From Hyphochytrium catenoides (Eukaryota > Protista > Hyphochytriomycota): a stretch of DNA of 64,000 nt. The stretch is taken from contig FLMG01000261.1 of the NCBI GenBank assembly GCA_900088475.1, positions 1-64,000 of the forward strand, given 5' to 3'. Below the pieces are notes generated by a model. The model had not been told where the DNA came from. It was given only the letters and a program-made list of their open reading frames with translations, and made no database searches. Of the stretch, positions 12,201 to 24,409 are shown in pieces. The stretch's first letter is position 1. Each line of letters begins with the position of its first letter. The position numbers were made by a program, and so were the translations under genes.

Positions 12201-15200
12201 TCTCTATCAGGAAATTTATCTCTCCCTATTTCCTCCGCAAGTCCTCTCAGGTTGTCGCAGCACTTTAGAATGTCCTCGGCTGATGATGTGGTGAGCTTTG
12301 AATAGTTTTCTCCAATGCCGTGTACTACGAAGACCAGGTGCTTGGCTACGGGTGGTTTCGAAGGTAGGTGAGAGAGAGAGGAGGACGAAGAGAGAGAAGG
12401 CATTCTTCCCTCTTTCTCTCTGATCTTCTCTTGCTCTTGCTGAGCTTGAGAGGTAGGTGTGCGATATCCCCTATGGACCCTGCTTACTCTCTGCCCTGGA
12501 GGGAGATTTCTAGGGTAACGAAGAAGCTGATCGAGGAGCGACCTGTCCGTCCTTATGTGAGCTATCATGGGCACAGCCGGGAGAAAAGGAAGCGACACAC
12601 TAGAGTGAGAGTTGCTATAAAGACAGGCCTTGGAGAAGCGGAAAACGAAAAACACATGTAATGCACAGACTTTAGAGCCGGCATGAAGATCCAGCCAGTG
12701 AAAGCAAGCTAATTAGCTAACAGTAGGAGAGCCAGGGATTGGGAGAGGACAGACATACAGTAAAATGGGGAGAGAGAGAGAGACAGTGAAACTAGGCGGA
12801 CACGGTGTCCATATAAAGCACATGAGAGCACCAGGAGACGACCACACGAGACTTATACAAAGCGCGAAGGCGACATGACTGCAGCAGACCTAGCTCTTGG
12901 ACCGGAGCAAAGATTGAGGAGGCAGACTGGACCTCTACCCTATCCACATGATCCAGGAGCGACACAGATACTTCAGGCAATTTGGCGCCTTGCTGGTGCT
13001 GAAGAGTGCGCGATAGAGAAGACGCTATCAGTGCCATCCAGTACCTTCAACAGCAAAAAAAGTCAGACAAGCAGCAGCCATCTTAAACCTTTATCCGAAT
13101 AGCTACCCATAGCCGCTCTATCTCCGCAGCCTCATCCTCTTCGTAGGGATACAGAGTCTTGCCACCCGTATCGTACAGCCAAGTCCTGTATAGACAAAGC
13201 GAAGTAGTGGCATGCTGGTCAGAACTCTGCTGAATGGTGAGCAGTTTTAGTCCGGTCAAGGACAACAGGTACGTTGTAAGGGCCAAAGAAGTGTCATCTC
13301 AAGTCAGAAGAGAGAGAATGAGAAAGGGAGTAGTGGTCCGAGAGCTGTATCACAGAACGGTGACAGTGTGCGTCAGCTATATCTTTACCCTCTTACTACT
13401 CTGCAAGGTGTTGCCTCCCAATAGACCGCCTTCATGAGCCTTGAAGCTAAGTGCACCCTGAACCTTCGTCCCTTAACCCAGCTCTTATGGCTGACAATGC
13501 TGTCAGTCTGATGCTGAGAACGGAAATCTGCCTCTAATTGAGCTTTTCAAACAGAGAGGTCGTGGAGAGAGAACCCAAATTAGACGCGTAGAAAAGTAGA
13601 GGGCCGCGGGCGCGAGCGTGCGTGCGTAAGAGAGAGAGAGACAGACAAATAGACAGACAAGCCGGATCCCAGACTACGTGGGGAACACAGCGAAGAAAAC
13701 AAGGTTTATAAGGAGGTGGAACCTGGTAGGGATCAGCCTCATCTTTCATATAGATTTGTTGGGGAAGCACTATGCGCTAGATGCTATCAGAGAGAAGAGA
13801 CTATGGCCCTGGCACCTGAGTCTTCCAGCTGAAAAGGCTTCCACGTCGTTGTCTTATCTTTTTCGTTGGTCTCAAGGTACATCCACCGCACAAAGTGCTC
13901 GGAAAAGGGAAAGAAAGGTGGGAGGGACTCGTGGTAGATCTTTGATGACTTGCGATCCCCTGCAGGCAGTGAGATGGGTGTTAGAGGTAACGGAGCCCGA
14001 ACTTCATAGGCCGATGACCGGATAAGGACCAGACTTAGAGATCTCAAGCGCAAGCTAAGTCATAGAGGAGCTACAGACGTAAGTCTTGTGACGAAGTTGA
14101 ATAGAAGAGACAGAGGGAGAACAAGACAAGAGAGAAATGCTTTGAGAAGAGCGGGAAGGAAGGATTAAGACGGAAAGAGTGACTTAAAGTTCTGCAAGTA
14201 TTTCTATCAAGGTTGGCAGGAGATTGTGCCATGGCGACAGACGGATAAGATAGTTAAGACGTGAGGTGCCCCGTTCAATGGAGGGACGGGATGACAAGAG
14301 CGGCAGGATGTGAGCTCGTACAAAGCCTGGATCGAGGTCCGATTGACACAGAGGCAGTGTGAGGAAGAGAGAGAGAAGCGGAAAAACCATATGCGGGAGA
14401 TAAAGAGACATTGTGGAGTTGCAATAGCGTTTAGAGCAAAAGGAACTCAAGGCTGCTTGATAGAGGGAGGACATGTACTCAGGGCTTCGTACGATGTGAC
14501 AGGGCGTGGAGTCTCGTCTGGTTCTGCTCGGCCTTCTCTAGTAAGTACTGCACCATCGTCTCCGCGTAAGGGTCTTGCTGTCGAACACTGCGAGTGAGGA
14601 GGCCTGCCATGGTTCCCCGGTGCGATGGATAGATTAAGAACGTGGAAACAACGAACAGAGAACAAAAGAGAGTTGTCAGACGAGAGGTGAGACGGGAGGT
14701 CACGCTTAAAAACTATGGTAGAGAGAGCAGGACAGATAAGAACAAGTTAGAGACAGCAGCGCCAAGGCAGACAGAGCTGGAACAGGTAGGAAAGAGCACC
14801 AAGGCTATAGATAGGGACAGATAATGAGAAAGTGGAACCCACTCCGCGTTTCTTTGTCGATCTGCCCGCTGGCAGCGAGGTCGTTGATCATCTCCAGGAG
14901 CTTCTCTGCCGTAAGCCTGGACTCTAGATCTGCTGACCTTGTCTTTGGAAGCTCATAGACCGTTTGCAGTCTCATGGGACGGCGCCGGGACGGCGTGGAT
15001 ACCCTTACGCTTTCCTCTTCCTCTTTCTCTTTCTCTTGATGCTTCTCCTCTTCCTGCGGGCTGTTACCATCACTGTCGCTGTCATCTACACTAAGATCTA
15101 TGGCCACAGTCGAAGGAAAGGCAAGAGGAGATTTGCCATTGACATTCTCTGCATCATCCTTCTTCTCCTGAAGTGCTGTCGTTGCTTCTCCTGGCTTCGC

Positions 15201-15284
15201 TTCATCCGTTCTTTGGTCTTCCACCTCCTCTAAGGAATTGATCTCGGCCTCCGCTGTCGTCCAGAGCTTCCAGAGAGACGCCAT
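9288..15284 (-). CDS. DDHD-domain phospholipase A1 (PA-PLA1 / SEC23IP-DDHD family)
   Basis: Motifs HLVFVVHGIG, IEFLPVDW, lipase box SILAHSLGSVILFD, NLFLVGSPL, YNIFHPADPV-AYRLEPLI, NNGERIDYNLQ and SAHSSYWSSKD. N-terminal WWE-like segments (RWMYLE..WKPF; TWLYD..LYPYEE). Stop TAG at 9288. Confidence 0.9.
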
Positions 15285-15940
15285 TGGAAGTCCAGAGAGG
15301 ACGAGGGAGGAAGGGTGCAGAAGGTAAGGAAGAGGCGAGAAAGAAGAAGAGAATCCGCAGGGGAGCCGACCCCCACCCTTGAGATTACTGAGATTGCTGA
15401 GGAATCAGTGGCCGTACAAGGCAGCAGCAGCCTCTAGAGCCTCTGCGCCAGGGAGGATGTCTCTTACGGGCAACGGGCAAAGAAAGAGAACGGGCAGCTC
15501 TTCGAAAGGCTTTGGACAGGAAGAAGACACTGAGGGCTCTGCGTCTCGCTGAGGATGGAACCGTCAAATAACGAGGACAAGGTGTGGGACTAGGGTCAGC
15601 AAGGACGTTAAAGGCAGAAGAGAGAGAGAGACACGACTTGGCGCGAGGAGACAGGAGACAGCGCGAGTGCTGCTTGCCCAAAGAAAGAGAAGCTCTCCTT
15701 CGCTTCCCAATCGATGTCAAAAGGATCGGAACTTTCTGTAGCGTCTCACACGAACAAGAGAGCAAGACAGAGAGGACAAGCATCGAGACCGAGTGAAGAA
15801 TACAAATGAAATATATGTGAAAGCTTCATTCTATTCATTAATAACTTCTAGGTTTTAGTTTCAGGATTGTTTATTGGAAATAAATAGGGAGAAAAGAAAG
15901 AAGTAGGGCCACCGAGATATGAGAGAGAGAGAGTGCGACC

Positions 15941-17189
15941 TCACGCGGAGGATTTGCTCTTCTTCTTCTTCTTTTCCTTGGCCTGCTTCACTCCCTCTCT
16001 CTCTCCTTCCTCTCTTTCTCGCTTCATTGGTGCCTCTAGCTGCCCCTCGTCCTTCTTCTTCTTCTTCGACTTCTTCTCGCTGGACTCCTCACTCCCATCG
16101 CGCTTGAGAGCAGCATCTAAACCTCGAGAACAGTTAGAGAGGCAGATGCAAGGAGGCAGGGAGCCCTTAAGGCAAAGAGCTAGGAGGCAACCTGTGAGAG
16201 AGGCAAGAAGCGAGTGGGGCAAGCAAGGGGAGACGATCAAGAGAGAAAATGCCACCTGTTGAGACCGGAAGTTCTGAGCCATGTCCTGCCGGTGTGAAGC
16301 GCACCCTGAGGCCCTGCTTCTGAGCAACTGCAGAGTACGCTGTGACCTTCTTCACCATCCTTTCCTCCTCCTTCCTCTTCTCCAGTCCTCCCTGCTCCTC
16401 CTGAGCTGATGAGCGAACGACCTCAAGAAACAAAGCAGGTTGTTGCTCCGCTGAGAATTCAGCCAAAGTAGAGTGATCGTATGTTAGCCAGCAAAGATAG
16501 GCGAGGAGCAGATGAGGTGGCGAAAGAGCTGTGCTGAAAGGTAGGCGACCACGGAAGAGGAAGGAGACCATCAGATCAGTTCGTACCAGGATAGAGCTTC
16601 TCTCCGCCCCTTTGCGGTCTGAGAATGGGGAAGATCTGTCCAGCGGTGCTGGGGTCAGCAACCTTGATGTCATACTGCTGACCTCCAGCCTCAAGAGTCT
16701 TTAGCACTGAGCATGAGAGAGAAAGCATCGCATCAGAGAGGAGAGACGATTGTCAATCAATTGTGAACGAGACAACAGGAGCACGTCATAGCTGCAAGTA
16801 GGAAACAAACGCCTGCCTTCTCTCCGCCTCAACCACTGAAGGAGTTTGGAGAAGAAGTCCACGTGGGGATGAGGGAAAGACGAAAAATGCAAGAATGACA
16901 CTGAAAGTGGGCTGCCGCGCCATGAGAAAGGTGTATGCTGCCCACCTTTCCCAGGCCTGCTAGCGTGACTGGACTTCAGCTTCAGCCTCGTTCCGTCCAA
17001 GACTTCGGCGTCAACCTGAGAAGACAGCGCACGAGACCCAGAGAGAGTCAAGGAAAGGCATCGCNNNNNNNNNNNGATGTGCTTGTTAGAGTCCAAGGCA
17101 AAGTCTTCTAGAGCCAGTCCATCTCCTTGGTGCTCTATCAGCTGGAAAGTTCCGTCTATTACTCGCGGTTCTCGGCTTCTCTTCCCCAT
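15941..17189 (-). CDS. RNA polymerase I subunit RPA34 (A34.5/PAF49)-like protein
   Basis: Spliced product MGKRSREPR..VDAEVLDGTRLKL..VAQKQGLRVRFTPAG followed by a lysine-rich tail (KKSKKKKK..KEKKKKKSKSSA). The QxxGLxxRFxPxG motif plus K-rich tail resembles the RPA34 family. Contains a small N gap. Confidence 0.55.
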
Positions 17190-17576
17190 ACCGTCCAGCC
17201 TGTTCTCCTCCTGGTTACTCTTGCTGCCCACGGTGCGCGTGTACTCTGAGCAGATAACGTTAAAGCTTCGAGGCAGGAGGAGATTATGGTGGAGAAGAGA
17301 GAATCACGAAGAGAGGATAGACGACTCTGCCACGTGCGTGAGATGCTGAACTGACGGAGAGGAGGATGAGAAGCCTAGTTCGGCGTACGGCGGCTGAAGG
17401 TCTGTTGAAGCAGCCCCAAGACTGAGCGAGAATGAGCCGGGCCAGGAACGGACTGAGGAACTAGAGCAACAGGAGGAAGACCGCCAGTCGAAGGCCCCAG
17501 AATGGATGAGGGATGGTAGTAGATGCTGCGTCAATTGAGAGCGCACGCGAGTGAGATGAGAACGCGAGCATGGGAA

Positions 17577-17639
17577 GGAGAGAAAGAAAGAGAGAGGGAG
17601 AAGAGAGAGAAAGAGAGAGAGAGAAGAGAGGAAGAGAGG

Positions 17640-17705
<66 letters not shown>
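17577..17705. repeat. (AG)n microsatellite in the 5' region of the RPA34-like gene
   Basis: Direct observation. Confidence 0.95.
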
Positions 17706-17706
<1 letters not shown>

Positions 17707-17793
17707 AGGGGTAAGATGATGCCTCACCTCCAATCCCTCCCTCAACCCCTCAGCGTCCTCGATTTAACATAAAGGCGTTAGGATTCACGATAC

Positions 17794-17958
17794 TGTGGTA
17801 ACCTACCCTTCCTACCCTCCTGTAGCCTCCTAGCCCATCCACCCCTCAAGCCTAATGTATGGCCTACAGTACCGGCTTCCAAGTCTCCTGACCCACATTC
17901 TAAATAATGGCAGCCAACAATTTCCTTTGACATCCCACCAGTCGAGTCGCCCCTCACA
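17794..17958 (+). repeat. 5' LTR (short; starts TGTGG)
   Basis: Aligns with 24410-24544 (ttccaagtctcctga, taatggcag, ttgacatcc shared). The 3' end (17940 or 17958) is uncertain. Confidence 0.75.
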
Positions 17959-18104
17959 GTGGCTCGAGCCTCACATCAGTCATTCAGTTTCTGAAGTCGA
18001 AAGCGGGCCGGAAGCTGGTGCTCGGCTGGGAAGACAAGAGGAGAGGAAGGTAACGAATCGAAACTGGTAGGGGCTGTGAAAACAGCAACAAGGAGAAGGG
18101 AAGA

Positions 18105-20830
18105 ATGGTCGCGACGCGTAGTCAAGCAGCGTCTCACAGGTAGCGGAGGAAAGCGGACGGGAGGCGGCAGTCAAATCGCGGGCCGTGGACGGACTAGAAG
18201 CGCAGGCACGCCCAGCGCAGAGGCCAGCAGGACAGGTAGGAACCCAGTTCGGCACGAGCGAGAACTAACGGCTTCATATCCCTCTGCTGCCGATAATGCC
18301 AGGTTGATTCCACCGGCCATGGTGGAGGAGATTATCGCTTCCGAGGAACGTAAGCGGAAACGCGAGGATATTACCGTTGTGAGGGACGAGGAACGTTCCG
18401 ACCGAGGGGAAGGATGGCAGGGAGGAAGGACTAGGAATGTTCTTCCACCTCCAGGTTTTTGGCCCTTGAGACGGGGGAAGAGGGACTGCTCTCTGGACTG
18501 TCTCCACTCCCTCTCCTGGTCGTCCCTGGGTCTGACCTCTCCTCAAGGATCAACGGCGAACGAGATGGAAGCGTGCCGAGAGCGAACATTCCTAGTCCTT
18601 GCTCCCTGCCATCCTTCCCCTCGGTCGGAACGTTCCTCGTCCCTCACAACGATAATTCTCGCGTTTTCGCTTATTCCTCGGAAGCGAAATGGCGTTCCAC
18701 TAACCTCCGCACTATGTCGGTAATCTCCTCCACCATGGCCGGTGGAATCAACCTAGCGTTATCGGCAGCAGAGGGAGAGGAGCCGTTAGTTCTCGCTGGG
18801 GCGGAACTGGGTTCTTACCTGTCCTGCCGGCCCTGCGCGGGGCGTGCCTGCGCTTCTAGTCCGTCCACGGCCAGCGGTTTAACTGCGGCCTCCCGTCCGC
18901 TCCCTGTGAGACGCTGCTTGACTACGCGTCGCGACCATTCTTCCCTTCTCCTTGTTGCTGTTTTTACTGACCCAACCAGGTTCGGCTCGTTACCTTCCTC
19001 TCCACTCCCACTCCGGGTCGTCCTCTGGGTCTGACCTCTCCTCAAGGGCCATACACTTGGAGGTGGAAGAACTCTCCCGATTCTGCCTCCTGTCCCCATT
19101 CGGAAGAATGCGAGCGACTGCGGGAGCGCTCTCCAGACCCGCTCCTACTCTTCGGTGGAGACGGCGTCCTTTCTCTCCTCCGCGGAGCTAAGGACTGCTG
19201 TCCCCGCCTGCTGGAGCTCTCTCCCTGCATCGCCTGTCTCCGTCCTGCAGCGCCTCTGTTCTGTCGTGGTTCCTGCCACTGTTTGACACTTCCCTTGGGG
19301 ACGCGGGGGTCCTACCCCGCTCTGAAGGAGCCCCGGTTCCTGCCGCGCTCCTCCCTACCTGGGCTTCCCACCCGAGCCCTAGAAGTGTCCCAATTCCATC
19401 GACTCTGGCTGCCTGGGGTCCGGGTTGAATAGAAGCAGGTCCCGAGAGCGATCCCGCAGTCGCTCGCTGTCTCCCGATGGGGACAGGAGGCAGAATCGGC
19501 AGAGTCCTTTCACCTCCAAGTTTTTTGCCCTTGAGGAAAGGTCAGACTCAGAGGGCGACCAGGAGTGGGAGTGGAGACAGACCAGAGAGCGGCCCTCTCT
19601 CCTGTCGAACGGCTCCCAACGTTCCTTGCAAAGGGAAGCCGGGGAGGACTTCCCGCCCATGAGCGGGATAGGATTTCCACATACGATGGCAAGAGTAGCT
19701 TTAGCCACCACGTGAGCACGTTGGCAAGGTGCACTGAGTGATACACGGACGCTCAGAGGACGGATGCGTTGGAGCTATCTCTTGCGTCCAATTGTGATTA
19801 TGTCATGCTGCTAGTCAGTGAGGAGCAGCGTCAGACATACGCAGCGTTAGAGAAGCGCCTGCGCGAATTGCTGAATAGCGACCTCCTTAATACCGATAGC
19901 ACCTACTTAGTGCAGGAGACGTTAGCTAAGCTGGAGGAACAGGTACGGGAAGAACCTAAGGCGGGCGAGAAGGTGGCGTGGATTACGTGGGTCAATGAGG
20001 AAACGCTCTTGAAGGATCTTCGGCGCCAGTATGAGGGCTATTATGGGCCCGCGAGCCGTACCCGTACCAGAGAATGGGCCACATGCTCCTGAATGGCTTG
20101 AAGCAGCATCCTAGGGAGGCGGAGTTGCGAGTGTTGGTAGCCTTCCGCAGCTCGGTCACAGACAGGAGGACCTTTGAGGCCCTGGCCACGGGGCTGCAGG
20201 TAAAGTATAGAATTGCTTTGAGCACGAAAAAAAACGTGTCCTTCGCGGCACAGGAGAGGAAAGAGTGGGGCCGTTTAACCACGTACAAATGCCGGAAGTG
20301 CACTACCAATGCACATAGCTGGAAGCAGTGACCGAAGGCAGAAGCCCGGCCTCTCACCAACCACGCCACCGTCCACGGCAGGAAGCAACGGACAATGAAG
20401 GCCACCAGTGGTTGACGAGAGGACCGCTTCCAGCTATGGGCATTGGTAGTGCACTTCCGGCATTTGTTAGGGTACTCCGTTAGCATAGGTGCAGTGCTTC
20501 ATCTGCAAGAATTTTCGGCATTTCAAGTCGGACTGCCCCAAAAATCAAGTCAAACCAAGTCAAAGCTGTGGGAAACGGCCGGAAGACGGAGAGGGCGTGA
20601 CTCTAGTCTCCGAAGGAGCGCTCACGCCTGTGGACGAGGTGGAGGAAGTAGCTGCTCCGGCCCCGGAAGGGCTGGCGCTGCAGCTACAGGATCGAGGACA
20701 CGCTGGGAAGGTTGTGCCTTTGGCGGTCGAGGCCGGAGCCACTCCGGCCCCGGAAGGGCTGGCGCAGCAGACACAAGAACAACGGCAGACTGGGAAGGTT
20801 ATGCCTGTTGTTAAGGTGAGGAGCACCACC
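18105..20830 (+). pseudogene. gag: gag remnant with RS-rich region and two CCHC zinc knuckles, interrupted by inverted segments
   Basis: CRKCTTNAHSWKQ* (last Cys replaced by TGA) and CFICKNFRHFKSDCP; an 87-nt direct repeat at 20655/20742. Confidence 0.75.
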
Positions 20831-23800
20831 TTCCTACAGCTCTGCGTACAGGGGAAAAGCGCACGAGTAGGGATGACACAGGCGTCGAGGTGTCGCTAGT
20901 CAATCGCGAGTGGTTGAGGACCAACAGCGTTAGCGTCAAGGTGCTGGGAAAGCAGCAGACACTGTATGATGCTTTGGGCACCGGCCGATGAGGACCAGAG
21001 GGTCGGTGAGGCTTTTGGTTCAGATGGGGTCACATTCTTGGACTGGAAGTTTTTGGTTGTTCAAGGGCTGAAGACCGACATACTTCTTGGGCGGGACGCC
21101 TATGGTGTAGAGGAGATGACATTACGACTGAACGGACCATCTACGCGTGATTCAGCGAGTGAGCAACCAGGGACAATCATAGGGAAGGTAGCGAGTGAGG
21201 ACCCTGGACCGGCCTCTTGTTAGGCTCCAGAGATGTTATCAAGGTGGAGGGAGATTTGCTCGGGTACTTTAAAGGGAAAACATAAATGTCCCAGTCTCCC
21301 CAGGACTACCGTTAGGTACTCCGAAGCGCAGGTTGTCTCCATTAGAGCGCAAAAAGGTAAGGAACACATGCAGGAGTTGCATAGTAAGGAAACTATTAAG
21401 CGTACGGCACACGCAAAGTACAGCTCACCCTTCTTACCAATAAGGAAGCCAAAAGGAGGTGACCGTAGTGTCCTGGACCTTCGGCGAGTAAATAAGCATT
21501 TAGATAAACATGCATATTCCATTCCTCTAGGCGATGACCTTTTTTGATTCACTTCATCGAGCAGAGTGCTTCTCCACTATGGACTTAGCAGAGGGGTTCC
21601 ATCAGGTGGGAATCACCGATGACATGGGAGAAGTCTTTACCTTTGTCACGGATGATGGTGCCTCTGCGTACCAACACTTACCAATGGGAGCTAAGGTCTC
21701 TCCAAACATTTCTCAAAAGGTGATGGACTTTACATTGGAAGGCATCCGCATTAAGTTTGTTATTTGTTACATTGACGATCTCCTGACGTTCACTAAGCAA
21801 AGGGAGGACCCCTTTGAGCACCTTGAAGTCGCCTTCCTACGACTCCGGACCCAAGGCCTCAAATCTTTTATATATCTCCGACAGTAATTTACCATTCCTA
21901 AGAAGACCCTGACCTCCGCGCGCGGCATTCCTCGGAGCTGGCCTTGCAGCTATGGCTGCTACCCAAGGCCAAGTGTCACTTTATATGCCAATCGGTCGAC
22001 TTCTTAGGGCATCGTGTGCAGCGCGGCGGCATCTCCCCACTACAAAGTAAGGTAGCAGCCATTGCTGCGAGGCCAGCTCCCAGGAATGCCTCGGAGGTCA
22101 GGGTCTTCTTAGGCATGATAAACTACTATCGGAGATATATAAAAGATTTTACTAAATCGGCAGCTCCTATTCAGCGCTTGCTCGGGAAAGGCAAGCTATT
22201 CTGTTGGGGCCAAGAGCAACAGGTGGCATTTGATACGTTAAAGAACAAGTTGCTGGAGGAACCAGTCTTCTTGCATACACCTGACTTTAAGAAGGCAGCA
22301 CGGCTCGTTGTGTATACAGATGGGTCAAAGGATGCGTTAGGAGCAGTCTTTGCCCAACAAGATGAGATCGGGAAGGTGCAAGTCTTGCAATACCTGAGCC
22401 GTAGTATAAGAGGGTCAGAGCCCAAGGACCCACATTTTGAGGCCATGGCAGTCTACTGGGCGGTCAAGAAGCTGCGGCCTTATCTGCTGGGAAGGCAGTT
22501 TACCGTGGTGACGGATCATAAGCCTTTGGAAGGGCTTATGAAGACTTCAGACCCCCAAGGCTTCAAGGCTAAGTGGATATCATACCTGTTGCAATACGGC
22601 TTTCAGATTGTTTTTATCGGAAGGGTACACAGCACGGCAACGCGGATGCGCTTAGTCGAGATCCGCGTTACGCTGTCAAGATTGTACAGGCGGCAGCTGA
22701 TGTAACACATGCTGTCATGTTGGCACAGTGTGGGGACCCAGAAATTGCGCAATTACGCGGCTCAGTCCTCACTCGTCTGCAGAGCAGCGACAACGGTTGT
22801 CCTTTCTTGTCCATGAAGGGCTGGTATATCGGTTGAAGGCTGATGCCCCTATAGAACAGCCTGATAAGGTGCTGCTCGTGCCCAGGAGCTATCGTAGGCA
22901 AGTATTACGCTGGTTCCATGATGAGGCGTCGCACATTGGTGTCACGCGCACCTACAAGACTATAGCGCTGCGCTATTATTGGCCTAGCTTACACAAAGAC
23001 GTTCGTGAGTATATAGCGCAATGTTACTTGCCAGCAATATCCTCACACGGACAAACAGATGAACATTCAATAATTCACCTTGCAGCCGGAAGCTGTCAAT
23101 GAGGCCCGGGTCTTTGATGTTAAATACATGCCTCGTAGCCTGGAAAGCTACATTGGGCTCCTCGTGGGAATCGAGGTACTGGCCCACTAGCCGGAGGCAT
23201 TTCCTCTCAAAGAGATGACGGCGTCCCACATTGTAGCCGTCCTTCACAAGTATTCCTGTCGCGACATAGTGTTCCTAAATTCATCGTCACGGACGGCACA
23301 AAATACTTCTTATCAGGAGCCGTGAAGGAGTTTTTCAAAAACTAGGCTCTCGACATGAGGTGGACTCTGCTTACCAGCACGGTCCCACAGCCACGACAGA
23401 GCGCCTTATCAGGACACTGCAGCACATGGTGCGCAAGTATGTGGACGACGACCAGGCAAATTGGCCTGGCACCTTAGAAAGCCACTTGGCAGCGTATCGC
23501 TTTTCTGTCAACTTAGTCAGGGGCTTTTCGCCCTACTACCTGATGCACGGAGGACGAGAGGCGAATGTACCAGGAGACCTGGTATTGCGCGATAAGGATG
23601 CAATGCGAACGAGGTTTAAGACCACTCAGGATTACATCCCGTACCTCCAGAGACATTTCCGCCAAAGCCTTCTTACGACTAGAGCTCGGAAGACTCGAAG
23701 GGCGCAGGCTCAGATAGCTATTGGCCAGCCAGAGGAGGACACTGCAGGTGGTGGACTGTCTGAGGACACCCTTAGGCCAGCTGAATCGTTGCCATTCGTC

Positions 23801-24106
23801 GCGAGGCGTCTGAGGCCTTTACCTACGCCGCCGCTGGCACCTCTACTTCCTGGAGACAAAGTCTGGCGTTACATTCCTAACAAGGTGGCGGGAGGGTCTC
23901 CAAAACTGGCCAAGAATTGGTGGGGGCCTTACGAAGTGATGCGTCAAGTAGGGCCGCTCACATACCTCGTCAGGGGAGCTATTGAGCACCAGGGTGCAGG
24001 TAATAATGTGTTCTGGAAGGAGGTCAAGGTGCATAGGAAGCACTTGCGCTTGATCTATCAAGCAGAAGAAGGGACTTCGACGCTAGGCCCGGTGTTCAGA
24101 GTCTGA
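20830..24106 (+). pseudogene. pol: pol remnant (PR-RT-RH-INT), frameshifted
   Basis: Conserved motifs are spread over ORFs 21233, 21534, 21944, 22728 and 23360 in different frames. No chromodomain is visible. Confidence 0.92.
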
Positions 24107-24369
24107 GCATCACTGGCGATAGAGCAGAGGCCGCCGCCGCGGCAGCACACTTGCCTCTGGTTCCTCAATGTTAGGACTCCTCGCGTAGCCGCCGTGTGCT
24201 ACTGAGGCCATTGGCTTTCTTACTGCGGAGAATTGGAGTTTTCGGCCAGCCTGAAGCACTTATGTAAGTAGTTAAGTAAGTAGTTAGGACTTGCCAGCAA
24301 CAGAATTAAAATTAAGTATTGCAGTAGGGAGATCTTGTCGGAGGTAGGTGGAGAGAGGGTCAGCACTCG

Positions 24370-24409
24370 GAGAGGGGATGCGGAAGGGAGGGGATTTGGG
24401 GGAGGGCCG
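24370..24409 (+). other. Polypurine tract (plus-strand primer site)
   Basis: gaggggatgcggaagggaggggatttgggggaggg immediately precedes the TG start of the 3' LTR. Confidence 0.75.

Noticed and set aside
20327-20332. TGA at the last Cys of the zinc knuckle as selenocysteine or recoding
   Set aside because: It lies in a heavily decayed element; a single TGC/TGT to TGA mutation explains it.
18040-22149. Inverted repeats as whole-genome-amplification chimeras
   Set aside because: Amplification chimeras give identical arms; these carry many substitutions and indels. Long-read confirmation is still desirable.
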